NCBI GenBank assembly: GCA_040219255.1
Contig: JAVJSW010000018.1
Span: forward strand, 1 to 64,000
Direction: 5' to 3'
DNA: 64,000 nt
Source: Sumerlaeia bacterium
Lineage (GTDB): Bacteria; Sumerlaeota; Sumerlaeia; SLMS01; JAHLLQ01
In this document: piece by piece, positions 40,619 to 49,965 of the stretch
Layout: the number at the start of each line of letters is the position of its first letter
Position numbering within the stretch: the stretch's first letter is position 1
Position numbers and translations under genes: made by a program
The notes under the pieces: model-generated
The model's database searches: none
Seen by the model: the letters and a program-made list of their open reading frames with translations, nothing else
Told to the model about the DNA's origin: nothing

Positions 40619-40743
40619 AAAAGCGGCCCCTCGCCTTCGGACTGATGAAGGACCTGGCGTAAGCGATGGGCGCGGATTACCACCCGATAGAGAGTCTGTG
40701 CGCCGAGCACATCCTGAACGAACTTACGTTGAAGCCAAGTTGA
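40615..40743 (+). pseudogene. Possible remnant of a VWA/chelatase subunit D (ChlD/BchD-like) C-terminus
   Basis: The frame reads LEKRPLAFGLMKDLA*AMGADYHPIESLCAEHILNEL, with an internal TAA at 40660. It resembles the FGLARELA.AMGA.Y..LE.L.A end of ChlD-type proteins (recalled, not searched). Confidence 0.3.
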
Positions 40744-41130
40744 AGTTCGCCGGATCGATCCGTACATGCGAAACGACGGCTTGGACCGTTTGGCACAAAT
40801 GCAGCTTACGGGGTGCCATTTTCAATAAAATGGTACAAAATAGGTTGTCGGTCCTATCCTTAAGTTGTTGTCAATTTTTTTCGATTTTCATAATCACAAC
40901 GATCTTCTTCAAATCCCCACGGAATTTCAAGGGGGGTGGGAGAAAAGTTTCTGCCTTCCTCGGCTCGCCGTGATTTTTCTCCGCTTTGGAGCGCTAAATT
41001 TCGGGGCTTCAATACCCTGCGCTCCCTTCTGGCCGGTGTCTCGACGCCCGAACGCTCTCTCCGCTGTCGATTCCGATTTCGGCCAATAGGCTTGTCGAAG
41101 GATCTGTAACCTGTTTCAAATCAGTAATCA

Positions 41131-41226
41131 GCATGTCCTCAGGGAGTTGGGTCGGGAGCCGCTCGAGTTGACCCACAGGAGAGGGCAACGGACATCAGGC
41201 AACGGAAACCACGCAAATTTTTTCTT
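41131..41226 (+). promoter_or_regulatory. Candidate structured 5' leader upstream of the GHL10/RTX gene
   Basis: Nested pairings TGTCCTC / GAGGGCA and TGGGTC / GACCCA, an alternative ATGTCC / GGACAT pairing, tandem GGCAACGGA copies, then a T-run. Confidence 0.35.
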
Positions 41227-41304
41227 GCCTTCTCCTTTTTCACTTCGCAATGTGAGCGGACCATAGAAGCTAGATCAGTTTCATTCCACACAGGAGATCA
41301 ATCC

Positions 41305-44300
41305 ATGCGGAAAGACCGTCCCCCTAATCCTGTTCGCTCGACAGTCGAGGTTTCGCTGTTGAGTGGGGCCTTTGTGTTGTTTGCTTCCCTATTGTCCGCC
41401 GATGTCGTTCTCGACGATTTCGGCTCCGGCGTCACCGCCGCCAATCATCCCGAGGGCGCCGGTGTGGCGGGTGTCTGGTACGATGCCAGCAGCTCCACCT
41501 TCGGCACGCCCTCCGCCAGCACGCTCGATGGCAGCCCCGCCATGCGCATCGACGACGGCGGCTTCACCAACGGTGTCTACGCGATTTACGACGGGGTCGT
41601 TCCCGCCGATGGCGAGTATCAGATCGAAATCGCCATGGACGTGAACGAGCCCGGCTCCGCCACCGGCTTCAGCGCTTATCAGATCGGCATCGCCGTCGGC
41701 GCTGACGCGGTGCATCGGGGTTTGAACCCGAGCGCCGTTGCGCCCCTCGCCCTCATCGGCAACTACACCGGCCTGACCGCTGGCGACGACACCGCCAATC
41801 CCACGGAAACCGTGGTGACCGGAACCTTCGCGGCCCAGGCTGGCGACAGTATCCTCATCGCTCTCGGCACCGACGTGCAGACCGGCGGGTGGAACGCCAA
41901 CTCTTCGTCCTGGGCTGGCAACTTCGTGCTCGTGGACAACATCGTCCTCAAGGACGTGACGCCTCCTCCGCCCCCGCCAACCGGCGAGGTCGTCGTCGAT
42001 AACTTCGATGGCGGTGTGGTGGCTCAGAACAACCCCACCGGCGGCGGCGCCTTTGGCATCTGGTACGATACCACGCCCTCGACCTTCGGCACGCCGAGCG
42101 CCTCGACCCTCGACGGCAGCTCGGCTATGCGCATCACCGACGGCGGCTTCGCCAACGGCGTCTACGCCATCTACGAAGGCGTCGTCCCCGCCACCGGTAG
42201 CTATGAAGTCGAAATCCTGATGGACATCGACGAGAGCGCCGGCAGCCCCGACGGCATCCGCGCCTTTTCCGTCGGCGTCGCCTCGGGCGCCGACGCCGCC
42301 CACCGTGCTGAGAGTGGCAACCTGCCCTCTATGGCGATCACAGGAACCTACATTGGCCTGACGCCGAGTGACGACACCGCCAACCCGACCCAGGCCGTCT
42401 CGACCGGAATCTTCACCGCCAACGCGGGCGACAATCTGCTGATCGCGCTGTCCACCGACGTCGAGAGCGGCACCTGGGGCGGCAACTCCGGCCTCTGGAG
42501 CGGCAGCTTCGCCACCGTCGACTCCATCGTCCTGCGCGGCGTCGAAGTCGAACCCCCGCCGTTCGAGCTGGTCCTCGACAACGACGACGGCCCCGCCGTT
42601 TACCAGACCACGGGAAGCTGGACCACCAGCGGCTCGCCGGGCTACAACGGCGGCACCGATCAGTTCGCCGCCACCCAGGCCCCCAGCACCGCCACCTGGC
42701 TCGGCAGCATCCCCGAAACCGGCTTCTACGAAATCGCCGTCCAGTACCGCGCCGGGGCGAACCGCGCCTCTGTGACCACCTACGAAATCTCCACCCTCGA
42801 GGGAACCGTCGTTTCCTCCACCGACCAGCGCATCAACAACCTGACCTGGGTCGTGCTCGGCGAGTACGAACTGGCCGAGGGCGCCTTCAACATCACGCTG
42901 AACGCGGAAACCTGCGAACCGGCCGGAGCGGTCGTTCTGGCCGACGCCGTGCGCATCCGCGAACTGCCCGGCCCGCCGCCCATCGACGATCCGGAAATGC
43001 GCATCGCCATCTTCCTGGCTTTCGATCCGGGCATGGATGACGTCGGCACGATCCAGGCCTACGTCAACGACGCGGTCCGCAAGCGCTACAACGCCATCGC
43101 GGTGCACGCCCGCTATCGCGGCGACGCCACCTACTTCCCGAACAAGACCGACGCGACCTTCCCGAACAACGAACCGCGCAGCGAACTCGTCGGCGATGTC
43201 GACGTGATCGAGGAATTCGTGACCCGCGGCCATGCCGCCGGGCTCAAGGTCTTCGCCTACGTGAACACCAACCTGGTCACCGATGGCGCCGACACCGATC
43301 CGCGCCCGAACCACATCGTGAACCTGCACCCGGAATGGGCCACCTACGAGTGGAACTACGGCAACCCGATCCCGCAGAACACCGCCGAAGACCCCGACGG
43401 CATCTGGCTCGATCCGGGCCTGCCGGAAGTCCGCGCCTACACCGCCAACATCCTCGGCGATATCGTCATGAACTACGATGTGGACGGGATCTTCATCGAT
43501 CGCCAGCGCTACCCGGACACCCGCTTCAACCGCGAAGAAGGCGACTTCGGCTACCATCCCTACAACATTGCCCAGTTCAACTCCATCTACGGCAAGTCCG
43601 GCGTCCCCAGCCCCTTCGACGAAGACTGGCATCAGTACCGCCGCGATCAGAACACCGCCGCGATGCAGCTCTACTACTCCACCATCACCAGCCTCGACCC
43701 CGACGCGCTGCTGCTGGCCTACCCCATCGGCCGCTTCAACGACGCCGTGAACTTCAACTATCAGGATTGGCCCGCCTGGCTGAACAACCGCGTGGTGGAT
43801 GCGGTGCTGCCTCAGATCTACACCAGCAGCACCTCCGAGTTCTCCGCCCGCGCCGCCGAGCACCGCGCCGCCTACAACGGCGAGCGCCTCCTCGGCCTGG
43901 CCATCGACACCTTCCGCCCCGGCGTGGACATCATCACCCAGATCGACATCGCCCGCCAACTCGGCTTCGACGGCCAGTCGCCCTTCACCCACGTGTCGGC
44001 CGGCCAGCTCGATTATTTCCAGGACCTCGCCGTGGCCTGGAACGGTATCGCCGCCTTCCCGGAAACACCCTGGAAAGCCGAGGCCGTGGATTGCGACGGC
44101 ATCGACATGATCGGTGACGATCAGGACAATCTCCTGGTCGGTACCGCCTGCGACGAACTGATCGTCGGCGGCATCGGCAACGACACCATCATCGCCAGCG
44201 GCGGTGACGATGTGATCGTGCCCGACTCGAGCCAGGAAGAGGAAGGCGACAACCCGCGCCGCAACGAACGCGACGATTTCATCGACGGCGGCGACGGCGA

Positions 44301-45072
44301 AGACACGGTGGATTACTCCAACGTCCGCGCCCCGATCCGTGTCGACCTGTCCGAAGGCTACGCCCGCAAAGCCCGCGGCAACGATGGCATCGGCAGCGAC
44401 ACCCTTGTCCTGATCGAGAACATCATTGGCCGTGAAGGCGGCGACGATGTCTACATCGGCGACGACGGCCCGAACAAGATCTGGTCGAACGGTCTGTACC
44501 CGACCAATCCCTCCCTGGCCGGCGAGCACATCGACGGCCGCGGCGGCGACGACTACATCCACACCGGCGGCCCCGGCGTCGGCAGCAACGCCACCCATAT
44601 CCGCGGCGGCGAAGGCGACGACGAAATCCACGGCAACGACGGCCGCTCGAACAAGCAATGGGGCGGCCCGGGCAACGACACCATCTACGCCTACGGCGGC
44701 ATGGATCATGTCTGGGGCGAAGACGGCGACGACTACCTCGATGGTGGCGACGGAACCGACTTCCTCTTCGGCGGCCCCGGCAACGACACCCTGATGGGCG
44801 GCCCCGGCAAGGACAAGGTTCTCGAAGGGGGCCCCGGCGACGATATCATCGATGGCGGACCCACCAACGAGGACGACCGTGCCCAGTTCAGCGGCACCTC
44901 CGCCGACTATACGGTCTGCGAGTACGCCGACGGCACCGTGATCGTCACCGACCTGCGCGGAATCGACGGCACCGACACGCTGACGAACATCAACCGCCTG
45001 AGCTTCTCGGACCGGATGATCACCCGCTCCGATTGGGCTCAGAAAATCCCAGGCTACTCGCTCTGCGACTAA
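41305..45072 (+). CDS. Large secreted modular protein: two duplicated beta-rich domains, a golvesin-like domain, a GHL10 (DUF187)-like TIM barrel and RTX Ca-binding repeats
   Basis: Hydrophobic N-terminus and a 195-aa tandem duplication. VLDNDDG..W..S..GY, then HARYRGDATY, HAAGLKVFAYVN, HPEW, WLDPGLPEVR, YDVDGIFID..RYP and QDW..W..D..LPQIY. Many GGxGxD repeats. Confidence 0.85.
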   Translation: MRKDRPPNPVRSTVEVSLLSGAFVLFASLLSADVVLDDFGSGVTAANHPEGAGVAGVWYDASSSTFGTPSASTLDGSPAMRIDDGGFTNGVYAIYDGVVPADGEYQIEIAMDVNEPGSATGFSAYQIGIAVGADAVHRGLNPSAVAPLALIGNYTGLTAGDDTANPTETVVTGTFAAQAGDSILIALGTDVQTGGWNANSSSWAGNFVLVDNIVLKDVTPPPPPPTGEVVVDNFDGGVVAQNNPTGGGAFGIWYDTTPSTFGTPSASTLDGSSAMRITDGGFANGVYAIYEGVVPATGSYEVEILMDIDESAGSPDGIRAFSVGVASGADAAHRAESGNLPSMAITGTYIGLTPSDDTANPTQAVSTGIFTANAGDNLLIALSTDVESGTWGGNSGLWSGSFATVDSIVLRGVEVEPPPFELVLDNDDGPAVYQTTGSWTTSGSPGYNGGTDQFAATQAPSTATWLGSIPETGFYEIAVQYRAGANRASVTTYEISTLEGTVVSSTDQRINNLTWVVLGEYELAEGAFNITLNAETCEPAGAVVLADAVRIRELPGPPPIDDPEMRIAIFLAFDPGMDDVGTIQAYVNDAVRKRYNAIAVHARYRGDATYFPNKTDATFPNNEPRSELVGDVDVIEEFVTRGHAAGLKVFAYVNTNLVTDGADTDPRPNHIVNLHPEWATYEWNYGNPIPQNTAEDPDGIWLDPGLPEVRAYTANILGDIVMNYDVDGIFIDRQRYPDTRFNREEGDFGYHPYNIAQFNSIYGKSGVPSPFDEDWHQYRRDQNTAAMQLYYSTITSLDPDALLLAYPIGRFNDAVNFNYQDWPAWLNNRVVDAVLPQIYTSSTSEFSARAAEHRAAYNGERLLGLAIDTFRPGVDIITQIDIARQLGFDGQSPFTHVSAGQLDYFQDLAVAWNGIAAFPETPWKAEAVDCDGIDMIGDDQDNLLVGTACDELIVGGIGNDTIIASGGDDVIVPDSSQEEEGDNPRRNERDDFIDGGDGEDTVDYSNVRAPIRVDLSEGYARKARGNDGIGSDTLVLIENIIGREGGDDVYIGDDGPNKIWSNGLYPTNPSLAGEHIDGRGGDDYIHTGGPGVGSNATHIRGGEGDDEIHGNDGRSNKQWGGPGNDTIYAYGGMDHVWGEDGDDYLDGGDGTDFLFGGPGNDTLMGGPGKDKVLEGGPGDDIIDGGPTNEDDRAQFSGTSADYTVCEYADGTVIVTDLRGIDGTDTLTNINRLSFSDRMITRSDWAQKIPGYSLCD

Positions 45073-45321
45073 GGATCGAACCATGATCCGACTCTCGAAC
45101 TGAAACCGCGCCCCCTGGAGCTTTCCGGGGGGTGCAACAATTTGCACCTCCGCCCTGTTGCGGGTTGCGGTCCGGTCCAAGTTCAGGTCATAGTCCCAGG
45201 CTGTCCGACATGGCTGGTAGGAGACTCTCGAACCTCAGCCCTTGAGGACGGTCCGATCACCACATGGCGTTCGCGCGGGCTCCCTTCGCCCCATCAATCA
45301 ATCCCCAGGAAGTTCCCGAAG

Positions 45322-46509
45322 ATGACGACACCCATCCGCCAAGCCATTGTCTCCACTCTGCTCTTATTGCTCGCGGTGCCCTGCTATTCCCAATACAAGC
45401 AGTTCGCCATTCAAGACTTCGAGGACCCCCAGAAAAACTGGCCCGACATTCTGGTCCACGGTCACCACAGCACCCCCCTGACCACCCGGCTTCTCGACTG
45501 GCCCTCGAGCGACTACGGCCCTGGCCTGGCGGAGGGCGCGGCGGCGGATGTCATCGGCGGCTATGGTCTCGAACTCCGCCCCCTGGAAACGGACCCCCAC
45601 CTGAGCGTCATGTTCAAGCGGGCCCTCAATCGCCAGAAACTCGGCCCCAACGGCGCCGCCCTCTTCCAGGTCGATTTCTACTTCCCCGAAGACACGGCCT
45701 CTCACCCGACGATGGCCATCCTGGGGAACGCCAGCGACGACACAGGCCGCGGCGGCTACCGCTTCTATCGCTTCGGCATCGACCGCGACCGAATCTATTT
45801 CTCCTTCACGAACGGCAAGTCCTCGCCCGATATCTACCTGCGCCAACCGCTGTCGGAATTCAACTTGCCGACCCCGGGCTGGCACCGCTTGCAGATGATC
45901 TTCAACGGCCAGGAAGAAATCCTCTGCGCCATCGACGGCCAGATCACCTCCTTCTCTCCCATCAAGGACGCCACACTTTCCGTTCTCGAACCCGGCGTCA
46001 TGGTGACCCGGCCCAAGGAAGGCGGCGAAAAAGCCGTCTACGCCGATAACCTGGAGATCATGTGGACGGCCAACGCCGCCGACGATCCCCCGGTCGCCCC
46101 CTGGCTCCTGCAGAACACCTCCTCGCTTCCCGTGCGCGGCCTCCAGGCCAACCTCTGGAACCTCGGCGGTTTCGAATGGACACTCAGCCCGTCGGAAGCC
46201 TGGAAGCAGGCCAACGAGGAAAGCAAAGTCATCTTCGCCGTCTTCCATGGCGACGATCAGGCCGCCAATGAAGAGGTCATGAAAATCCTCAGCGCGGAAG
46301 ACGCTAAGTTCATCCTGTCCCAGTGCGTGCCCCTGCGCGTCGACGTGGGCACCAACTCCGGCCAGGTCTTCGCCCAGCGCTACTCCCTCGGCGAATTCCC
46401 CTCCGTCGCCGTCATCCGCGTCGACGGGCGCATGACCAACAGCGTACACATCCAGACCGACTCCGGCATCGAGTGGACCGGCCTCTATCAGAAGTTGAGC
46501 GGGACGTAA
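45322..46509 (+). CDS. Secreted protein with a ConA/lectin-like beta-sandwich and a CxxC-less thioredoxin-like domain
   Basis: Signal peptide (..LLLLLAVPCYS). Beta-sandwich cues QDFE, PGWHRLQM, IDG and VYADNL. The C-terminus AWKQANEESKVIFAVF..LRVDV..AQRYSLGEFPSVAVI..DG follows a thioredoxin-fold pattern. Confidence 0.6.
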   Translation: MTTPIRQAIVSTLLLLLAVPCYSQYKQFAIQDFEDPQKNWPDILVHGHHSTPLTTRLLDWPSSDYGPGLAEGAAADVIGGYGLELRPLETDPHLSVMFKRALNRQKLGPNGAALFQVDFYFPEDTASHPTMAILGNASDDTGRGGYRFYRFGIDRDRIYFSFTNGKSSPDIYLRQPLSEFNLPTPGWHRLQMIFNGQEEILCAIDGQITSFSPIKDATLSVLEPGVMVTRPKEGGEKAVYADNLEIMWTANAADDPPVAPWLLQNTSSLPVRGLQANLWNLGGFEWTLSPSEAWKQANEESKVIFAVFHGDDQAANEEVMKILSAEDAKFILSQCVPLRVDVGTNSGQVFAQRYSLGEFPSVAVIRVDGRMTNSVHIQTDSGIEWTGLYQKLSGT

Positions 46510-46610
46510 GCCCGCCCTCGCCGAATGGGCGAACGGCAGAAACCCGGAAGCGGAGCCCTCGATGACAGCATCGGCGGCTCCGCTTCGGCGTTTTTGGGAT
46601 CGCGAAGAAA

Positions 46611-48191
46611 TCAGGGGGTGGCGCGATCGCCCCGTACGAAGGCCCTCAGAGCGCTCGCGAATTCCGCCGGGTCGGCTCCCGGCTCGAAGCGGCCATGGAC
46701 TTCTCCCGCGCTGTCGATCAGCAGCAGTTCGGCCCTGGTCACGCCGAATTTCCCCGCCAGCAGGTTCCGCCCGTCGGGCCGCACCACGATGCGCACCACG
46801 TCGCGCGCCAGAGCCTCGACGGCTCCGTCCGCGTAAAGGCGCTCCACCGCCTCGCGCGTGGCGGGCTGGCGATCGTCGAAAATCACCAGCGCCGGGTTCT
46901 TCCACGGCATCGAATTCGGAGTCATCACCGCCACCTGAAAGTGCCCCGGCCAATCCCCGGCTGGCACCAGCCAGGCGTTTCCACTGCCGAGCGGCTCGGG
47001 AGTGGCTGTCGGTGTGGCGGTGTTGTGGGTCTCTTCCTCTGGCAGGATGAACTGTGCGGGCATTTCCGGCTGGGAGGCCGGCGAGTCCGCCGCCGGGGGC
47101 GGCACGGCGGCGGCTACCTCCGCGTTCTTCTCCTCGGCCGACGACTCGCCCTTCAGCACGATCGGCATCAGCACGAAGCCCCCCACCGGCAGAATCACCA
47201 AGGCCGCCATCGCGGCCACCATCAGCTTGCGCGAGTTGCCCGTTTTCCTCATCCTCATGGCCGCCCCCGAGGCCGCGGACGGCAGGGACACTTCGTCACA
47301 AGACGGATTCGTCGGCGAGTCCTCGATGCAGTGCAACTGGAGGAACTCCTCGTAGAACTCCGAGATGTGGCCGTGGCGGCGTTCCGGGTCGGCCGCCATC
47401 GCCCGCCGTAGACAGGGGCGCAGACTTCGCGGCTCGTCCGGATCTTCCGGTAGCCGGTCCCAGTTCGGCCCGCCCTTTCGCCCGAAATGAAGAGCCGCGA
47501 AAAGCGCCCCCAGCGAATAAACCTCCGAACGCTCTGTCAGCGGCCCTCCCGCCAGCACCTCCGGCGCGCAGAAAAACTTCTGCTCGTCCAGCACCGGCGG
47601 AGCCAACTGTCCGTATTCCTGCACCAACTGGGGGAATCCGTAGCCCGAACAGATGATCGCCTCGTTGGCCGTGAAGAAAAACGTGCTGGGGCTGATGTTG
47701 CCATGGAGCAGGCCTTCGGAGCGCAGGACCGTGAGGGCCTCGGCGACCTGGCCGTAAATCTTGATCTTGTCCTTGGGCAGAAAGTGATCGCTCTCGATGC
47801 CGATGGAAAGTGCGAAGCCATCGACCGGCGGTTCAGCCACATAGAAGAAATCTCCTGTACGGCCCGCTTCCCGCACGGCCAGCAGGCTGGGATGGGAGAG
47901 TGTTCTCAGCCGCGCCGCCAGGGCCTCGAAGGCCTCGCCAAAGGCCCCATCCCGCGCCACGAACTCCTGGCGCAGCAGCTTGAGGAAAACCGGTTGGCCA
48001 GTGGGTCCGTGCACCGCCTTGAACTTGCGGAAGAACCGGTCGGGCCGCGACTCGGACTCGAGTCTGTAATCGCCCAGCGTGTCGCCGGGGCGCGGCGCGA
48101 CGCCCGCCCCGGAAGGCGCCGGGCCGGAGTCGCCGTCGGACACCGGAGTGCCGGCTCGGCGATTTTGTTCACGGGAAGAAGAAAGGTCCAT
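46611..48191 (-). CDS. Membrane Ser/Thr pseudokinase with an extracytoplasmic CxxC-less thioredoxin-like domain
   Basis: Kinase-fold motifs LGDYRL, VFLKLL, LSHPSL, LLHGNISP (HRD replaced by HGN), SGYGF (DFG degenerate), CAPEV and SEVYSLG. A TM helix and P/T-rich linker follow, then LAGKFGVTRAELLLIDSAGEV. Confidence 0.75.
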   Translation of the reverse strand: MDLSSSREQNRRAGTPVSDGDSGPAPSGAGVAPRPGDTLGDYRLESESRPDRFFRKFKAVHGPTGQPVFLKLLRQEFVARDGAFGEAFEALAARLRTLSHPSLLAVREAGRTGDFFYVAEPPVDGFALSIGIESDHFLPKDKIKIYGQVAEALTVLRSEGLLHGNISPSTFFFTANEAIICSGYGFPQLVQEYGQLAPPVLDEQKFFCAPEVLAGGPLTERSEVYSLGALFAALHFGRKGGPNWDRLPEDPDEPRSLRPCLRRAMAADPERRHGHISEFYEEFLQLHCIEDSPTNPSCDEVSLPSAASGAAMRMRKTGNSRKLMVAAMAALVILPVGGFVLMPIVLKGESSAEEKNAEVAAAVPPPAADSPASQPEMPAQFILPEEETHNTATPTATPEPLGSGNAWLVPAGDWPGHFQVAVMTPNSMPWKNPALVIFDDRQPATREAVERLYADGAVEALARDVVRIVVRPDGRNLLAGKFGVTRAELLLIDSAGEVHGRFEPGADPAEFASALRAFVRGDRATP

Positions 48192-48730
48192 AGACAGGCA
48201 GGCGAACGGAGAGGAAACCGGGTTTTGAGGGAAATCCAGACTTCCCTGCCGCTCGGGGCTGATCCTTGTTTTGGTCTCGTGCCAATGCCCTGCGAGGAAA
48301 GGAGAAAGCGGATCGCATTGCAACCATTTTCATAGATTTCTGCCGTCCAAAGTCGATCCCGATTTTGCTCCCCCGCCCAATGGCCCCACCCCCTCCCGAA
48401 TTCCAGGCCGGAAGGCGGGTGGACCAGGAATCCCCGGCGCGCCGGGTCGCGGCCGTACCCCTGTGCCAACGACCGTTGGACCGGTCCGGAGACCGGGCGG
48501 TCCGATTGTCCAGGCCGCTCCCCGTTCCCGCCGGTGCCTCAAGCGGCTCCTGAAACCTCCTCGAACACCGGGTGTCGATGCTGCCGGCTTCGCCTTGCGA
48601 GGGGTCGAATCGGGGCGGGTTCAGGGAGAAAGAAGTTTTGGAACATTCCGCCCTTGACAAGGCGGAGGCCTTGCGCATCAATCGGGCCCGCTTTCGGAAG
48701 AGGAAGCGGCCCGCCGTAGCGGGTTCTGTT

Positions 48731-48926
48731 TGAAGTAGAAGCCTCTCCGCTTCTCACCCTTAGCGCCCCCAAGGGGCTGCGACCGGGTTCGCGACAAGTC
48801 CGGCCATCGGTCCGGATGTCATTTGCGGCCAATGCCTGAAGGAACGTGCTCGAACGCGCGCTCTTTCTTGTGTTTTGCGTGCGGAGGGGTCTGCTGTCGA
48901 GCAGCCTCTCCGCACATTTCGTTTTT
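48731..48926 (+). promoter_or_regulatory. L20-leader-like ribosomal protein autoregulatory attenuator
   Basis: AGTAGAAGC..CGCTTCTCACC matches the recalled core of the L20 leader upstream of infC-rpmI-rplT. GCCTCTCCGC occurs at 48741 and 48904, and both copies can pair with GCGGAGGGG (48881). The second pairing forms a terminator-like hairpin with a T-rich tail. Confidence 0.7.
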
Positions 48927-48983
48927 AGCTTTCCGGCGCCACCCCTGTGCGGCGCGAAGCGATCCATACGGAGGAAACCACCC

Positions 48984-49592
48984 ATTCGTCCTGACGCACG
49001 TACGAACCGGCAAATTCGCGCCCGCGAGGTGATGCTGATCCTGAGCGACGGCACCAAGATGGGCGTCGTCCCCATCGAGGAAGCGCTCCAGCGCGCCCAA
49101 GAAGCTTCCCTGGACCTGGTCGAGGTGGCCGCGCCCCCCAACCAACCCCCCGTCTGCCGCCTGGAGGACTTCAAGAAAGTCCTCTATGAACAGAAACGCA
49201 AGCTGAAGCAGGGCAAGAAAAAGGCGAAGACGGAGCTGAAGGAAGTGAAAATGCGGGTGATTATCGACCCTCACGATCGCGGAACGAAGCTGAACAAGGC
49301 CCGCAAATTCCTGGAGAAGGGCGACAAAGTGAAGTTCACCCTCCAGTTCCGCGGCCGCGAAGTCACCAAGCCGCAACTCGGCGAGTCCCTGGTCAAGTCG
49401 ATCCTCCAGGATCTGGAAGACATCGCGGAGGTGGAATTGCCCGCCCGCCGCGCCGACCGCTTCATCCACATGGTGGTGGCCCGCCGCAAGGATTGGAAGC
49501 CCCCGAAGGAAGAAAAGGGCAAGGACGAGAAAGCCACCGACGCCGAGCCGGGCCCGCCCAAGGAACCCAAGGAAGCGCAAACGCCGGGTTGA
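48984..49592 (+). CDS. infC: Translation initiation factor IF-3 with an ATT (AUU) start
   Basis: Motifs NRQIRAREV, LDLVEVA..PPVCRLEDF, ELKEVKM and GDKVKFTLQFRGRE. GGAGG at 48970-48974 is followed by an in-frame ATT at 48984. Confidence 0.95.
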   Translation: MRPDARTNRQIRAREVMLILSDGTKMGVVPIEEALQRAQEASLDLVEVAAPPNQPPVCRLEDFKKVLYEQKRKLKQGKKKAKTELKEVKMRVIIDPHDRGTKLNKARKFLEKGDKVKFTLQFRGREVTKPQLGESLVKSILQDLEDIAEVELPARRADRFIHMVVARRKDWKPPKEEKGKDEKATDAEPGPPKEPKEAQTPG

Positions 49593-49616
49593 TCGGAAAG
49601 TTCCAGAAGGAACATC

Positions 49617-49664
49617 CAAGATCCGGAGCGCTCAAGATCCGGAGCACCCAAGAGCCGGAGCATT
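49617..49664. repeat. Three 16-bp direct repeats between infC and rpmI
   Basis: CAAGATCCGGAGCgct, CAAGATCCGGAGCacc and CAAGAGCCGGAGCatt. Confidence 0.8.
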
Positions 49665-49773
49665 CAGGGCCGTGGCGAATCGCCTCGGCCTCTTTTTCCG
49701 GCCACCGAATTTGAAACCGACTAATCTCGGGCCGTCCTAACCTGTCCGCGCCCGAGGGGGAGAGAAACCAACC

Positions 49774-49965
49774 ATGCCGAAAATGAAGACCCGCAGAGCC
49801 GCCGCCAAGCGCGTCAAGCTCACCGCCTCAGGCAAAGTGAAGCACAAGAAGCGCAACCTCCGCCACATCCTGACGAAGAAGACCGCGAAGCGTAAGCGCC
49901 AACTGCGCAAGCACGACACGCTGCATCCGATCGAGGCCAAGAAGATCAAGCAAATGCTGCACTAA
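49774..49965 (+). CDS. rpmI: 50S ribosomal protein L35
   Basis: [34 protein letters not shown]. Confidence 0.97.
   Translation: MPKMKTRRAAAKRVKLTASGKVKHKKRNLRHILTKKTAKRKRQLRKHDTLHPIEAKKIKQMLH

Noticed and set aside
40642-40775. CTGATGA as a hammerhead ribozyme core
   Set aside because: No stem II closing onto GAAA at a suitable distance and no consistent stems I and III. The segment reads better as a coding remnant.
41196-41222. GGCAAC-GGAAACC-ACGCAAA resembling a c-di-GMP-I riboswitch
   Set aside because: The P2 stem is far too short and the P3 arm is absent.
41389-45180. 1263-aa ORF on the minus strand
   Set aside because: Antisense shadow of the GHL10/RTX gene caused by high GC3. It has no motifs. 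The same applies to 3543-5585, 21387-23525, 29170-31488, 37168-39876 and many other long overlapping ORFs.
48846-48983. Longer N-terminus of IF-3 given by the ORF track
   Set aside because: It overlaps the attenuator hairpin. The SD-linked ATT at 48984 gives a normal IF-3 N-terminus.
49617-49664. Possible mini-CRISPR array
   Set aside because: The repeats are 13 bp with 3-bp gaps, there are no spacers, and the window has no cas genes.
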